A stretch of 64,000 nt of DNA from Nitrosopumilaceae archaeon (GCA_965214835.1 CBDCCK010000002.1:672001-736000); one strand, 5' to 3'; shown: positions 51,758-62,913, counted from the stretch's first letter. The notes: a model not told the origin generated them from the letters alone. Program-made: numbers and translations.

Positions 51758-52777
51758 ATGGCAAAAGAAACAGACATCCTGTCAGAGGCCATGCGCAAAG
51801 AAAAGGATGCCAAAGTCTACAAGAAGATCATGGCGCTGATGTTTGTGCTAGAAGACGACATGGGCGTACCCGAGACTGCAAGAAAGATCCGGTGCAGTGA
51901 GAATTCCGTGCGTAACTGGCTGGCGAGGTTTTCGGAGGGCGGCATAGACGGTCTCCGGGATCTTCCCCGTTCCGGATGCAGGCCAAAGGTGGACAGGAAA
52001 AGTATTGCAGCCATAATGGATCTGTCTACTGCATGCAAAAGTACCGATGTCATGACGGTACGCGATGACATAAGGGATGCCACCGGCATACAATACAGTA
52101 TAGAGCATGTCCGGAGAATGATGCGCCAGCATGGCCTGTCGCGCCGCAAGGTGCAAAACATACATGTCAACCATGCCACCCCAAGCTCGGTATACTCGTG
52201 GCAGTGGTATCTTGAAAACGTGCGTATTCCGTGCCTGAAAAACGACGGTTTTACGCTGGTGTCATCTGATGAGGCGTTCTTCGTGCAGGGCGCATATGAC
52301 AGATACGTGTGGGATCCGGTCGGCACCAGAAGCGTGGCATCGTACTCTGGAGACCACACAAAGGTGGCCGTGTTTGGAAGCATCGCAGAAGACGGCAGAA
52401 GGCTGTTCAGGACGTTTACGGGATCCTTTACGTCGGTGCAGTTCATAGAATGTCTGGAGGCGCTGCGCGCCAAGTTTGGTAAGGTTGCCGTCTTTTGCGA
52501 CAGGTGGAGTGTGCACAGATCTACTGATGTCGCAGAATATCTGGTCGACCATCCCTATGTCAAACTGATAATGATCCCGAAAGGATCGCCGTACCTCAAT
52601 ATCGTGGAAGAATGCTGGAACTTGGGCAAGCCTGTCGTTTTCAGGGGGATAGTGTACAGGAAAATCAGCGAGCTACGGCATGCCATATCCGAGTACTACA
52701 GGACGGTGTCGTTTGCCCACCTTAGCATGTACAAGTACATTTACAGATCGCCGGTCAAAGCCCTCAATTACTTGTGA
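51758..52777 (+). CDS. IS630-family transposase
   Basis: GIDGLRDLPRSG, SDEA, CDRWSVH and SPYLNIVE motifs. Confidence 0.88.
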   Translation: MAKETDILSEAMRKEKDAKVYKKIMALMFVLEDDMGVPETARKIRCSENSVRNWLARFSEGGIDGLRDLPRSGCRPKVDRKSIAAIMDLSTACKSTDVMTVRDDIRDATGIQYSIEHVRRMMRQHGLSRRKVQNIHVNHATPSSVYSWQWYLENVRIPCLKNDGFTLVSSDEAFFVQGAYDRYVWDPVGTRSVASYSGDHTKVAVFGSIAEDGRRLFRTFTGSFTSVQFIECLEALRAKFGKVAVFCDRWSVHRSTDVAEYLVDHPYVKLIMIPKGSPYLNIVEECWNLGKPVVFRGIVYRKISELRHAISEYYRTVSFAHLSMYKYIYRSPVKALNYL

Positions 52778-52787
52778 CCGTTGCTAT

Positions 52788-53766
52788 AAGATAAGGCGTA
52801 CGATCGCTGACTATTTCAGGCTGTACCGATCAGATAAAGATATGACAAGAAAGATGTCGGACAAAGAGATCAGGCATATCGTCAAGGGACGTAATGCCGG
52901 AAAGAGCGCCACGTCGCTGGCCCGTAACATGAAGGTGACGCCACGGCACGTGAGGAGGATTTACGCCAGGTACTGCCGGACCGGAAAGATGCACGTGCAG
53001 CAAAAGGCTGGAAGAAAGGCCGCACCGCAGCCTACGGCAGGCCAGGTGCAGACAGTCTTGGACATGCACTGTATAGAGCACGTGGGCGTGATGCGCACTG
53101 CCATGCGCCTGCAGGATGCAGGTCACATTATAAGCTACAACAGCGTATATCGGATAATGAAGGAGCAAAGACTCGTTACTGCATCAGATGCCAAGTCGGG
53201 CCAAAAGAAGTGGCTGCGCTATGAACGCAAGTACTCCAACGCAATGTGGCACGTGGACTGGCACGATATGAAGGATCCACGCCTGAGAGGGCTCAAATTA
53301 GTCACGTTTTTGGACGATTCATCCAGGTGTGTCACGGCAGCACGGACGTTTGCAGATGCCACATCAGAAAACGTGGTGATAACCCTCAGGGAGGCCATAG
53401 GCAGGTTTGGTACGCCGGCCACCATACTGTCTGACAACGGCAGGTGCTTCAACGGCGGCCGCAGCAAGAAGAACATACCCAAGGGGACATGGAAGCCGAC
53501 GGCATTTGAGGCCGAGCTGCTGGAGAGGGGCATCGGGCTGATAAACTCTAGGCCCTACCACCGAGACCAACGGCAAGCTGGAGAGAGCTTGTCTGCATAC
53601 ATAGGCTACTGCAACGAGGACAGGCTGCGCCGGTCGCCGGATACATACAACTGCCAGACGCCTCCGGGCATTTTGCGACAGGAAGGCCACGGATGCGATC
53701 AGGAAAGGCAACCCGAAATGGATGGAGGATACCGGTGATGGTGCGACATAATTTTCATGCAATACA
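52788..53766 (+). pseudogene. IS481 copy lacking its left TIR, 3' end degenerate
   Basis: Near-identical to 47229 onward until RPYH, then frameshift and deletion. Confidence 0.85.
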
Positions 53767-54191
53767 ATGACAGCTAAGTGAAATGTAAACTGGATTGTTG
53801 CTTTTGTCTTGCTGCTGAGGCGTTGCGCCTCATGCCCAGTTTTTGTTTTTGCTCGATTTCATGGTACTTTTCACTTAGCTGAATGAAGGATAAGAATAAT
53901 GTGACAGATAAAACAAGGCGGCTTGTGACGCCAGACATCAGAAAGTGAAGCATACCCAATATCTGACGTTAAGATGGGCGCAGCCGCTACACGGTAAATA
54001 CCCTTTCAGTCCGGAGAAGATCCAGGTTTCATGTCCCGAAGATTGCACAGAACCCTATGACCGGTTCTGTGTAAAATTGGGGATGTGGGTCCCCTAAAAA
54101 ATCACTCCGTGGCTCTGTCGAGGCTGGCGTTCTGGATTATCGTCTTCCACTTGTTTATACCATCCACGCTTACCAAGGCCAATTCTGCCTA

Positions 54192-55382
54192 TACTGATGA
54201 TCATTGAAAATTTCGCCTCCCTTACACGCTGCGCTCAAGATACTTGTAGATGCCAATCTTGATGGAGCACGTCCTAAAGTATTCCGAGACGGCCCTTTTG
54301 AGGTGATCTACCGTGTCATAAAAGGCCGACGTGACCGGCCCGTACTTGGCATCCTTCCAGACTGCCTCCATGGCGCTCAGCTCCGGCCTGGCTACCGGCA
54401 GGTACAGCAGGACAACGTCGGGATTTTTCTTCAGGTACCTGCGGACCTTGCTGGTCTTGTGCTGTATTGCGTTGTCCATCACCATCAGGATCCTTCCCCA
54501 CTTTTTGCGTGCCTGTTCGAGATACTTTACAAAGTTTGCGCGTGTGTGGTCACGTCCCCTTGTTAGCTAGGCACGAAAATCACAATCATGCATCTAATTC
54601 GTGCCTGACTGATGGGGGTAGGTGACCTCGTACGTTTGCGCTGTTGAATTTGTCGTACGTGCGCATCAGCCTGGTTCCGTCGTCTACAATCGTTCCGTAT
54701 ACCACGACGCGCTCCCTTCTGCCGGATCGTTGCACCTCGATCCTGTCCCCCACGGGCGACCAGAACCTCTTGCCGTCCCTTCCCGCACTGGCGAACATCG
54801 ACTCGTCCTGTACGGTTATCCTAAATCCGCGCCTTTTTGCAAGCTTGATTGCAGCTTTTGCCTCCCTTTGCCACCGTCTTACCGCCTTTGCGTCGGCAGC
54901 ATCTGCCAGCCTAGTGGTTGACGTCTTTAGCGAGAATCCCATCGCGTGCAGGATTCTCCTGATGCTTCCCACGCTGTATGTGACGTGTAGCCTGCGGCGC
55001 ACCCAGTTGCACAGCTTCTTCGGAGTGAGCTTTTCCATCCTGCGCAGCCTCGTGGCGATCTTTTTTATCCTGCCGACTGGAACCTTTGGTTTTTTGTCCC
55101 TGTTAGGAGTCACGGAGGCCGTCGATGCCGTCAAGCTCAAACCTCTCGATCCACATCTGTACGGTACGCTGTGTCACGTCGGCAATCTCTGCGGTCTGTG
55201 CAGTGGTGTTGCCAAGCAGCACGGAGCGCACCGCCAGGATTCTGGTGTGAATCTTGAGATCCTTTTCGACATGCATGGCATTCGTGAGGATTTTCGTCTT
55301 GTTCATACCGGGAGTGACATAGTGGAGAGCTATAAACCTTACAAGATGTGTAATCAGGCGAAATTTTCAATGATCATCAGTA
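54192..55382 (-). mobile_element. IS630-family element, copy 2, disrupted by a MITE
   Basis: Same TIRs as 13841-14932; TA duplication within CCTAGG. Confidence 0.9.
54542..54633. mobile_element. 92-bp IS66-type MITE
   Basis: 8-bp TSD GTTTGCGC. Confidence 0.93.
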
Positions 55383-55444
55383 TAGGTACAGACTTTCAAC
55401 CTCGAGAAGATCCATGCCTCGAGTGGCTAAGATTACACAGAACC

Positions 55445-55615
55445 CTATGATCTTGGGCTGTGATCTTGCACAGTCCACATTTTTCCGATCTTAAACATCC
55501 ATGTGCCGCAGGCAGGACGCATGTCCCTTATGGCCGGTCTGCCGTTTTTCATGTAGGTCTGCTCCGGGCTTGCCATGTCTTGCCTGTAGTGGCACTTGAT
55601 ACAGTAGCCATTCAT
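55445..55615 (-). CDS. 56-aa DUF5679-like zinc-finger ORF (degenerate duplicate), not in the ORF track
   Basis: MNGYCIKCHYRQDMASPEQTYMKNGRPAIRDMRPACGTWMFKIG parallels AYCVRCKAKRSMSDPEETTMKNGRPATRGTCSACGTKMFRIG. Confidence 0.6.
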   Translation of the reverse strand: MNGYCIKCHYRQDMASPEQTYMKNGRPAIRDMRPACGTWMFKIGKMWTVQDHSPRS

Positions 55616-55621
55616 GGCTGT

Positions 55622-57841
55622 TTACGATCTTTTGTTCTCCAGATCGGCTATCTGCCTCTCCAGCTCTGCGACCCTGTCCAGCTGCTCCTGGGTAGGTGCG
55701 TCATCTCTTGGTTTTGACTTGCCGCTGCCAATCCTGAACATCTTGGTGCCGCAGGCAGAGCATGTCCCCCTCGTGGCAGGTCTGCCGTTTTTCATCGTGG
55801 TCTCCTCAGGATCAGACATGCTGCGCTTTGCCTTGCACCTTACACAGTAGGCTATGACATCGGATGCGGCCTCTGCCCGTTTTTGCTTCTCCTCTAGCTC
55901 CGCGATCTGCCTCTCAAGTGCTGTTGCCCGGTCGATTTGTTCCTGTGTCGGCTCCTGCGAGCTGGCAATTCTTTGCTCTATTGCATCTAGTCTGTCCACC
56001 TGCCTGCGTAGTTTTGCAAGCAGTGTTGATTCGATATCGGCATCCTCAATCTGGCCGATTTGCTCCTCTAGTTTTTCAAGCTGCTCGAGCTGCTCGTCTG
56101 AGGCCTCATCAAACCTCTCAATCATTCCCTCAACCGTTTCAGGCTCGGGTTCCAAGGCAGGCTCCGTCTTTGGGGCACTGGCTAGGGCAGACTCAAGCTC
56201 CCTGATTTTATCAGACAGGATCGAGATCTGCTCGTACTGCTCTGCAATGGATTGGCCTTCGGGTATCGGTTCGGTCTCCGGCCTAGCGGCGGGTTCTGGC
56301 TCTGCCTGCTCTGGCTGAGTTTCCTCAAATGGAACCGCCACCTCACCGTCTGCAGGCAGTGCCCCATGCGGGGATTCCGCAGGCTCGTCCGGCTCGGCCT
56401 CTGCTTGGGCTTTGAGCGATTCTAGCTCTGCAACTTTTTTTTCAAGATCCTCCAGTTTTGCCAGGTCCTCATCAGTTGCCTCGTCTTCAGATCCGGCCTC
56501 GACCTGCTCGCTTTGTTGTATGGCCTCCTCTAGCTGCTTTTCAAGCTCCTCAAATCTCTGGAGCTGTTCAGGGGTTGGATCCTTGTCTTCATCGTCGTCA
56601 TCAAAGTCCATCTCCTGGCCCTCGGGCTGTCCGATTTTACCCCCGGCTACCTCAGGGGGTTCGGGCCGGGGAGTCGTCCCAGCTACAATCCGCTTGAATT
56701 CCTCCTCAGAGATTCCAACTGCCCGGTAGATTGTATGGTCTGGGTAATTTTGATTAAACCATTCCTTGTATCCGGGCTCATTCAAAAAGCGCCTGACATA
56801 ATGCTCAGGCTCCTTTGCAGGATCTACAAAATTCAAGACTCCTTCCTCCGGCTCAGCTGCAGGTTCTGGCTTTGCCTGTTCTGGCTGCAAGTCCTCAAAC
56901 GGAATGCCTATCTCGCCTGCGGCGGGCAGTGAGCCGCGGATAGAGCCTGCGGTTTCTGCGGGTCTTGCCTCAGCTTTGCGTTTTTGTCTTTGCACCTCCT
57001 CACGCTCTAGTCTGACCTGTCTTTGGGCCTCCTCCTGTTTTTCTTGCTCTGCCCTTGCCTGGTCTGCAAGCTCCTCTTCCCGTTTTTTCTGCTCCTCTAG
57101 CCTTCTAAGATAACCTTGCTCATAGTCTAGAAACTCCTGATCGGCTCTTCTCTTTGGCCTTTCTTCAACCCCGGAAGGTTCCTGCTCTTGCTGTGCGACA
57201 GAATCCTCTGCAACTGGATCAGGCTGCAAGTCCTCAAACGGAACGCCTACCTCGCCTGCGGCGGGCAGTGAGCCGCGAGGCGATGCCGGTATTTCTTCTG
57301 CAGGCTCCAGCTGTGTGACAGAATCCTCTGCAACTGGATCAGGCTGCAAGTCCTCAAACGGAACGCCTACCTCGCCTGCGGCGGGCAGTGAGCCGCGAGG
57401 CGATGCCGGTATTTCTTCTGCAGGCTCTGGCTCAGGTCTGGCTCTGGCCTCCGGTTTTGGCTTTTCTGCCGGCTTTGGTGGATCTGGCCTGTCACCGGTA
57501 GGGGCTGTGTAGGTCAGGGGGGGATCTTTTTTTTTACTGTAATCAATCTCTGGAACGTCCCCAAGGTTGTCCAGACTGACCTTGTTTTTGTCGATTCGAA
57601 GATACGGGCTCCCGCCAACCGAAAACATGTGAACTCGCTCCCCCCGCCTCCAGGAGTTCAGCGTCTTGAAGATTGTCATGTATGTCTTCCCCTTTTGCAT
57701 GTTGTGCGATATGGTAAGCTTGTCAACTATCTCGGCAGGGCCCATTTTGCCGTCAAGGTCTTCGTGTACCTCGGCCTCGACGATCTCCCTGTTCGAGTCG
57801 TACGATGCGGCAGCTACTAGATAGTCAGCCCATTTTGCCAT
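55622..57841 (-). CDS. Large acidic repeat protein: DUF3892-like N-terminus, coiled coils, DUF5679-like C-terminal zinc finger
   Basis: MAKWADYL...YLRID....DNLGDVPE; RGSLPAAGE repeats; PTxEQ repeats. Confidence 0.75.
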   Translation of the reverse strand: MAKWADYLVAAASYDSNREIVEAEVHEDLDGKMGPAEIVDKLTISHNMQKGKTYMTIFKTLNSWRRGERVHMFSVGGSPYLRIDKNKVSLDNLGDVPEIDYSKKKDPPLTYTAPTGDRPDPPKPAEKPKPEARARPEPEPAEEIPASPRGSLPAAGEVGVPFEDLQPDPVAEDSVTQLEPAEEIPASPRGSLPAAGEVGVPFEDLQPDPVAEDSVAQQEQEPSGVEERPKRRADQEFLDYEQGYLRRLEEQKKREEELADQARAEQEKQEEAQRQVRLEREEVQRQKRKAEARPAETAGSIRGSLPAAGEIGIPFEDLQPEQAKPEPAAEPEEGVLNFVDPAKEPEHYVRRFLNEPGYKEWFNQNYPDHTIYRAVGISEEEFKRIVAGTTPRPEPPEVAGGKIGQPEGQEMDFDDDDEDKDPTPEQLQRFEELEKQLEEAIQQSEQVEAGSEDEATDEDLAKLEDLEKKVAELESLKAQAEAEPDEPAESPHGALPADGEVAVPFEETQPEQAEPEPAARPETEPIPEGQSIAEQYEQISILSDKIRELESALASAPKTEPALEPEPETVEGMIERFDEASDEQLEQLEKLEEQIGQIEDADIESTLLAKLRRQVDRLDAIEQRIASSQEPTQEQIDRATALERQIAELEEKQKRAEAASDVIAYCVRCKAKRSMSDPEETTMKNGRPATRGTCSACGTKMFRIGSGKSKPRDDAPTQEQLDRVAELERQIADLENKRS
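57190..57427. repeat. 120-bp in-frame tandem duplication
   Basis: EPAEEIPASPRGSLPAAGEVGVPFEDLQPDPVAEDSV twice; diverged copies near 56880-56940 and 56310-56380. Confidence 0.9.
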
Positions 57842-58389
57842 TTAAAAATACGTCAATAAAGTAGTAAATAAGCAGTGATGCCTTCAGGCGTGCACGCAGT
57901 GGAGTTTTCACCGTTTTTAGTCCCAAATTTTAGAGTTGCCTGAAAAAACCAGGCGATCCGCAAGGTGGTTTTTTTGAAGACGGCCTGCTGTTTTACGGAG
58001 GCGTGCGAGTCACCAAGGGGAAAGCTTCCAGTCTAATTGATTCACCAGATGTGTCCCAGTCCCGCTCAGTTTTGACTCATGAATGGAGGGCCATGATTTT
58101 GCAATGCCGGCTTTGCCATGGAATTTCGAATGCACAAGATGGCCTAGAGTTTGCATGCATTATCCAGATCAAAAATGAGGAGAGTCGCAGTCCCACTCGT
58201 GGATTGCCGGATCCCCGTCACCGGACCAGTCCGAGTACGGCGATCCCGGATCCCGGCGCATGCCGGGGACTAGGTTTTTGTCAGGCGAGTCGACGATCGC
58301 TGTCGCCTCCCCCGAACACGAGCTCCGGGCGGTCGGCCCCCGGTTCCTGATGCAAAGCTATAATTTTACAGTCCGCCTCAGAGTCCCCA

Positions 58390-58755
58390 TTGGAGATCAA
58401 GATCGAGCCATGGAAGGCGCTGGTAATTCACGAGGTCATAGAATACAGGTTCGATGAATGGGTAAACCAGATAGCGTTTAACGCAAAGTCATCGGGGGGA
58501 GGAATCCCGACAATGCAGTGGGCAGACGGAATAGTCTTCTCGCCTGCAAATTTTCCCTCGACTAACTCGGTGGTAAAAGAGCAGATGGACGGGACGCTCC
58601 ACTGGTCGTCGGTGTCGTTTGCCATCAAGGAAAGGTTCGAAAAGCAGATCGTACAGGACAACGCGACGATCAACCTGATGGACGTAAGCGTAAACGAGAT
58701 CTTTAGGAGCCTTGCAAAAAAGCTAAAGAAAGGCTCAAAGTACAGGGCAGGGTAG
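58390..58755 (+). CDS. Conserved archaeal hypothetical protein
   Basis: IEPWKALVIHEVIEY and MQWADGIVF; translationally adjacent to the PAS gene. Confidence 0.75.
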   Translation: MEIKIEPWKALVIHEVIEYRFDEWVNQIAFNAKSSGGGIPTMQWADGIVFSPANFPSTNSVVKEQMDGTLHWSSVSFAIKERFEKQIVQDNATINLMDVSVNEIFRSLAKKLKKGSKYRAG

Positions 58756-58758
58756 GAG

Positions 58759-59259
58759 ATGTCACGGGAACTCCTCAGTGTAATCTATGATGCGCCGATC
58801 ATGTGGAGGAGGATCAACTCCATTGGCATCATACTTGACTGCAATGCGGCATATTCGCAGAGGCTGGGCTATACCAAGGGGGAGATAGTCGGCAGGACGG
58901 TCTTTGAGCACGTCCCGGCACGGGAGCGGGAGGCGATGAACGAGTCGCTCAAGGCATGGTTTGAGACCGGGGAGGTTCACGGGAAAAGGCTGACGTTCAG
59001 GAGGCGGGACGGCACGGAGTTTGAGGTGACGCTTGATGCGACCAGCCTGTTTGACTCGGAGGGAAACCTGCTGGGAAGCAATACGGTAATCTTTGAGGCT
59101 GCAGACATTGACAGTGAAAAGATCAGTGGATTCCTGGCAGGCGCAAGGGACAGGCTTGATGCGCTTGCAGGATCATATGGCTCGATGGACGAGAGTGCAA
59201 AAAGAGAGTTTGACGGGATGAAAAAGATGATAGAGAAGCTCCTTGCCAGGGATCTCTGA
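58759..59259 (+). CDS. PAS-domain protein
   Basis: CNAAYSQRLGYTKGEIVG and FRRRDGTEFEV motifs. Confidence 0.88.
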   Translation: MSRELLSVIYDAPIMWRRINSIGIILDCNAAYSQRLGYTKGEIVGRTVFEHVPAREREAMNESLKAWFETGEVHGKRLTFRRRDGTEFEVTLDATSLFDSEGNLLGSNTVIFEAADIDSEKISGFLAGARDRLDALAGSYGSMDESAKREFDGMKKMIEKLLARDL

Positions 59260-59264
59260 TCCTG

Positions 59265-59669
59265 CTACTTGCGTGGCCACATGTCGTTCCATGTTTCGGC
59301 GAATTTTTTCATCATGTCCCCGTAGGCCCTCATCTGTTCAAGGCCGCCGTCGGAGATTGACTTCTGCCACGACTCTGCAAACTGCATGAACCCGCCGTCT
59401 GGCTGGCCCATTGCCTTTTGCCAATAGTCGCCGAACTCCCTAGCAGACCTTACGCCGGCATCGCCCATTGCCTTTTGCCAGTTTTCTCCAAACCGTCTCA
59501 TGGTATCCATGTTGGATTCCTTTGAGGCCTTTTCCATTACGGCGTTGAATTTTGCCTGCATCTCGGAGCTTGCCTTTAGAACCTCATCGAAGGCCTTTCG
59601 CCAGATCTCAAGCGAGCTGCCATAGTCCCTCCACAGCCTGTCCCACTCGCTTTGGTCGTCATTTGACAT
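59265..59669 (-). CDS. Hypothetical Trp/Met-rich helical repeat protein
   Basis: Repeated F(G/A)(E/D)xW(Q)K pattern; start at MSNDD. Confidence 0.7.
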   Translation of the reverse strand: MSNDDQSEWDRLWRDYGSSLEIWRKAFDEVLKASSEMQAKFNAVMEKASKESNMDTMRRFGENWQKAMGDAGVRSAREFGDYWQKAMGQPDGGFMQFAESWQKSISDGGLEQMRAYGDMMKKFAETWNDMWPRK

Positions 59670-59879
59670 GCCGTACTTGTGACATGCTGCCAATTAAAAT
59701 GATCTGCAGGTTTTCGGGCCAGGGGGCCGCTTTTGGGTTTTTTTGGGCCGGATTTTCAGGGCATGTCTCCCCGGCCGGTGAGCCGGCGAGATCAGCGGTG
59801 GCATTACCGGTTCAGGCCTCCGCAGTCCCCGGTCGCCTTGCATGGCATGAACGGAATCCAAAAATGAGGTGCTATGCAG

Positions 59880-59972
59880 GTACGAGGTCACCGCCACTTT
59901 AACCAGTTAAGCATGGATCTGCATATGCCTGTGATTTTCATGCCCTGCCAACAAGAGGACGTGACCTCGTAC
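59880..59972. mobile_element. 93-bp IS66-type MITE
   Basis: TIRs GTACGAGGTCAC; TSD (C/T)TATGCAG. Confidence 0.85.
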
Positions 59973-60018
59973 TTATGCAGTCCCCAGGCAAAGGCCTGGC
60001 AGGCTGCCACATCCCACA

Positions 60019-60450
60019 TCAGACCTTCTTGAGGATCTCCTTTTTCTTGTCTTGAAACTCCTTGTTGCTGATTATCCCCTTCTTGTTGAGGGCTGCCAGC
60101 TTTTCTAAAAGCTCCAGGCTCTTTTCTGGGGAGTATGCCATCTTTTTGGCGGTACTAACCCCGGATGACAGGGTGTCAGATGCCTGCCTTATTAGTCTGG
60201 AGCTGATCTCGCCCCCCTTTGAGGTGGCGATCTTTCGCAGGACGTCGGACTGTTGCTTTGCAATCTCGGTCTGGACCCGCAGCTTGTCGATTACCTTCTT
60301 GGAGTTTTGCGCATTGAACCTCTTCTGGTACTCATTCATGATGAGAACCGGAAACGCGGTCCATTCCAGATCCTTGTAGTATTTTCTTACCTGGCTGTCA
60401 CTCATGTCCTTGAGCAGCTTCCTAAATGACGCCTCGGATTTTTCTACCAA
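60019..60450 (-). CDS. SHOCT-domain protein
   Basis: LEKLAALNKKGIISNKEFQDKKKEIL. Confidence 0.85.
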   Translation of the reverse strand: MVEKSEASFRKLLKDMSDSQVRKYYKDLEWTAFPVLIMNEYQKRFNAQNSKKVIDKLRVQTEIAKQQSDVLRKIATSKGGEISSRLIRQASDTLSSGVSTAKKMAYSPEKSLELLEKLAALNKKGIISNKEFQDKKKEILKKV

Positions 60451-60471
60451 TGATCTGTGTAGGATCTACTC

Positions 60472-61803
60472 CTATTTGAAATAATCCCCGAGCTCGTACC
60501 TGTCCTGTCTTGGGATTTTTGCCAGCTCAAACCCCCCGGGCCTTTTGTCCAGGGGCCTGGTCGCGTCGATTCCCATCTTGGCAGTCCTCAGGTTCCTCTG
60601 GTCGCTGGACGGATCCAGGCTTGAGCCGCGCACGTCTTTGACGGTTACAAGGTCCCTGTCGGCTTGGAACCGGGTTGCCATCGCATACTCGACGGCCTCT
60701 GCACTACCCGGGTCAATGTCCTCGTCCACCACGGTCACCTGCTTGAGGGAGCGGTGCGTCTCAAGTGCCTTCCTGATTATATCCTTGCCGTCAGATGGGG
60801 ACCTCTTTTTGATCTGCACCACCGCATGCAGCCAGTTGCAGCCGCCGCTGCTCATCGATACCGCCCGCGTCTGTGGATAGGCCCTCTTGATCTCGCCGTA
60901 AAGCTTTGACTCTATTGGCATGCCCATCAGCAGGCGGTGTTCCGCATATCCGGACAGGATGTCATGAAATATCGGATTACTGCGGTGGTACAAGTCCTCC
61001 AGCTCAAAGACGGGCTGCTCCCTTGGGTGGTCATACGTCCGAAGCATCTCGACCATCCACTCGGGATGCGTCCTGTCCTGCAGGATTCGTCCCTCCATCA
61101 CGATCTCGGCCCCCGACGGGACGCTCATCCCGGAGTACGGCGTCCTGGCAAGCGTCAGCTCCCCGCCAAGCAGGGAGTTTGCAATGTCCAGCTCGTCCTT
61201 TCCCCAGTCATATTGGTATGCACCGGCAATCGATACTGCGGGATGGACTCCTACCGTGATGGCGACCCTGAGATCCTGGCCGTGATCCCCTGCATCTACA
61301 AAGCACCGATGCAGGTGGCGTCCTTCCACCATGCGGATTGAGAAATGGGTCCTGTCAATCGGCATGAGCCTGTGAAACGAGGAGTTTTGCCTGCCGGTTT
61401 CCGGATTCTTGGCATATACGATTGATGATGTGATAAACGGGCCGGATTCCTTTTCAAAGTGGGTGACTACCGGAAGCTCCCCGATATTCCTAGAGTGGTT
61501 TTCTGTGAATTTTGCCTCCGATATTACTCTGGGCTTTCTTGCACCGCGGATTGCCTTGAGGATCCTTTGATGTATGGCAGGCTCGTCTGCTCCTATGGCC
61601 CGGGCAAAACGCGCCCGTGTGCCGACTAGGTTGGCGGCAAGGCGGAATTTGCTCCCCTTGACGTTCTCAAAGAGTACCGCGTATAGGCCGTCGGTCTTGG
61701 CGGTGACTGCTGCAATCTCATACTTTGTCGAGACCGGCTTTTTGACGGTCTTGAGCTCCCTGTTTTTCCTAATGAGTGAAATGTAGCCTCTAAGGTCAGA
61801 CAT
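60472..61803 (-). CDS. UbiD-family prFMN-dependent decarboxylase, possibly the anhydromevalonate-phosphate decarboxylase
   Basis: AEIVMEG, VDEDID, RFQADRD, GSSLDPS and KMGIDAT motifs. Confidence 0.9.
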   Translation of the reverse strand: MSDLRGYISLIRKNRELKTVKKPVSTKYEIAAVTAKTDGLYAVLFENVKGSKFRLAANLVGTRARFARAIGADEPAIHQRILKAIRGARKPRVISEAKFTENHSRNIGELPVVTHFEKESGPFITSSIVYAKNPETGRQNSSFHRLMPIDRTHFSIRMVEGRHLHRCFVDAGDHGQDLRVAITVGVHPAVSIAGAYQYDWGKDELDIANSLLGGELTLARTPYSGMSVPSGAEIVMEGRILQDRTHPEWMVEMLRTYDHPREQPVFELEDLYHRSNPIFHDILSGYAEHRLLMGMPIESKLYGEIKRAYPQTRAVSMSSGGCNWLHAVVQIKKRSPSDGKDIIRKALETHRSLKQVTVVDEDIDPGSAEAVEYAMATRFQADRDLVTVKDVRGSSLDPSSDQRNLRTAKMGIDATRPLDKRPGGFELAKIPRQDRYELGDYFK

Positions 61804-62137
61804 TGCGTATCATCTCTGTGATCTCACGCATTATAGCCTTTGCAGAGCTGACATCGATCTCCCTTTGCACGCTGACTGAGACTATGGCTATGCCCCAGAT
61901 CGCGGAGCTGATTTTTTCTGCTGCCAGTTTAATAAAAAAGGATTCGCTCCTAGCCGGAATCACCGTGGTGGTGACAGGCTTTGGCCCTGTTGCCAGTGAG
62001 ACGACCATGGATCCTATTTTCTCATTGCCCTCGGTTACGGACACAAAGTTTCCATTTTCGAATCTGAGCACCTGAACCTGAAACGTTCGACCTTCCACAT
62101 CGACGGTCTTTTTCAAAAACGCGGACGTGGAGGTCAT
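61796..62137 (-). CDS. Conserved archaeal protein (proteasome-assembly-chaperone-like)
   Basis: RFENGNFVSVTEG..KIGSMVVS; overlaps the UbiD start. Confidence 0.6.
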   Translation of the reverse strand: MTSTSAFLKKTVDVEGRTFQVQVLRFENGNFVSVTEGNEKIGSMVVSLATGPKPVTTTVIPARSESFFIKLAAEKISSAIWGIAIVSVSVQREIDVSSAKAIMREITEMIRNV

Positions 62138-62152
62138 TGCATTGAATTTCTT

Positions 62153-62392
62153 CTATGCATCGACGGTCATTGCTTCTTCCTTGGAGTCGGCCTCGACTCT
62201 TGCACGGAGTTTGGCCTTGTACTTCAAGTTTCTTGGCTTTGTTCGGAGTCTGTATCCACAGCACGGACACCAGAGACCCTCCCATTTGATGAAGATCTCA
62301 CAAATCTGACATCTTCTTTGGCCAGAAGCATATCTGCCGGTTCCAACGGGTTTTTGAGCTTTGTATCTTACGCAAATTCCTTTACATGTCAT
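62153..62392 (-). CDS. Small Cys-rich zinc-finger protein typical of Nitrososphaerota
   Basis: MTCKGIC...RY..GQRRCQIC...CPCCG.RLRTKPR. Confidence 0.85.
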   Translation of the reverse strand: MTCKGICVRYKAQKPVGTGRYASGQRRCQICEIFIKWEGLWCPCCGYRLRTKPRNLKYKAKLRARVEADSKEEAMTVDA

Positions 62393-62913
62393 ATCAAATC
62401 ACTCTTGTAGGGTATTGTAGAAAATTTAACTATATAAGCATGGATCGATAATTTTTGTAAAATTTTATAGAAAATATTATAAGATTTCCAATCCAGATTG
62501 TGATTAAGGAAAATAAATTCTCTGAAAACGGCCAAATGTTGTATAAATATCTATAGCTGATTTTGGCATGTCTGCTGTTGAAATTCGTGACTGACCACAT
62601 ATAGTTCTTTGAACAGTTTTTACACTTTTTTTCAAAAAAGTTAGAAAACATCCAATAAAGACAGGGTAAACGTGAATTTGGGAGGCAAAGATGCGTTAGC
62701 TGTCCTGCAAGGCCCCCCACCAGCAGACATGACGTATGGGATCGCCTTACCTTGATCAGTTAGGCGCACATCTGCCTGCAGTTGGTAACAACTCGGACTC
62801 TGGAAATTCAGGCGTGAGTTTTGCTACTAGTGGATGCCGATCAAAACAGAATTTGTGCCTGAAATCGTAAATCACTTCGAGCCCGATCAGTTACCAAAAA
62901 CAATAAAAAATTC

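Larger units (their letters stand above)
54063..55444 (-). mobile_element. IS6 deletion derivative hosting an IS630
   Basis: GGTTCTGTGTAA / TTACACAGAACC ends; 8-bp near-TSD CTATGA(C/T)C; 54125-54180 matches the IS6 C-terminus at ~9685-9740. Confidence 0.75.

Noticed and set aside
57900-58360. GC-rich palindromic intergenic DNA, also at 59700-59870
   Set aside because: Could not be matched to SRP RNA, RNase P RNA or a riboswitch by eye; needs an Infernal search
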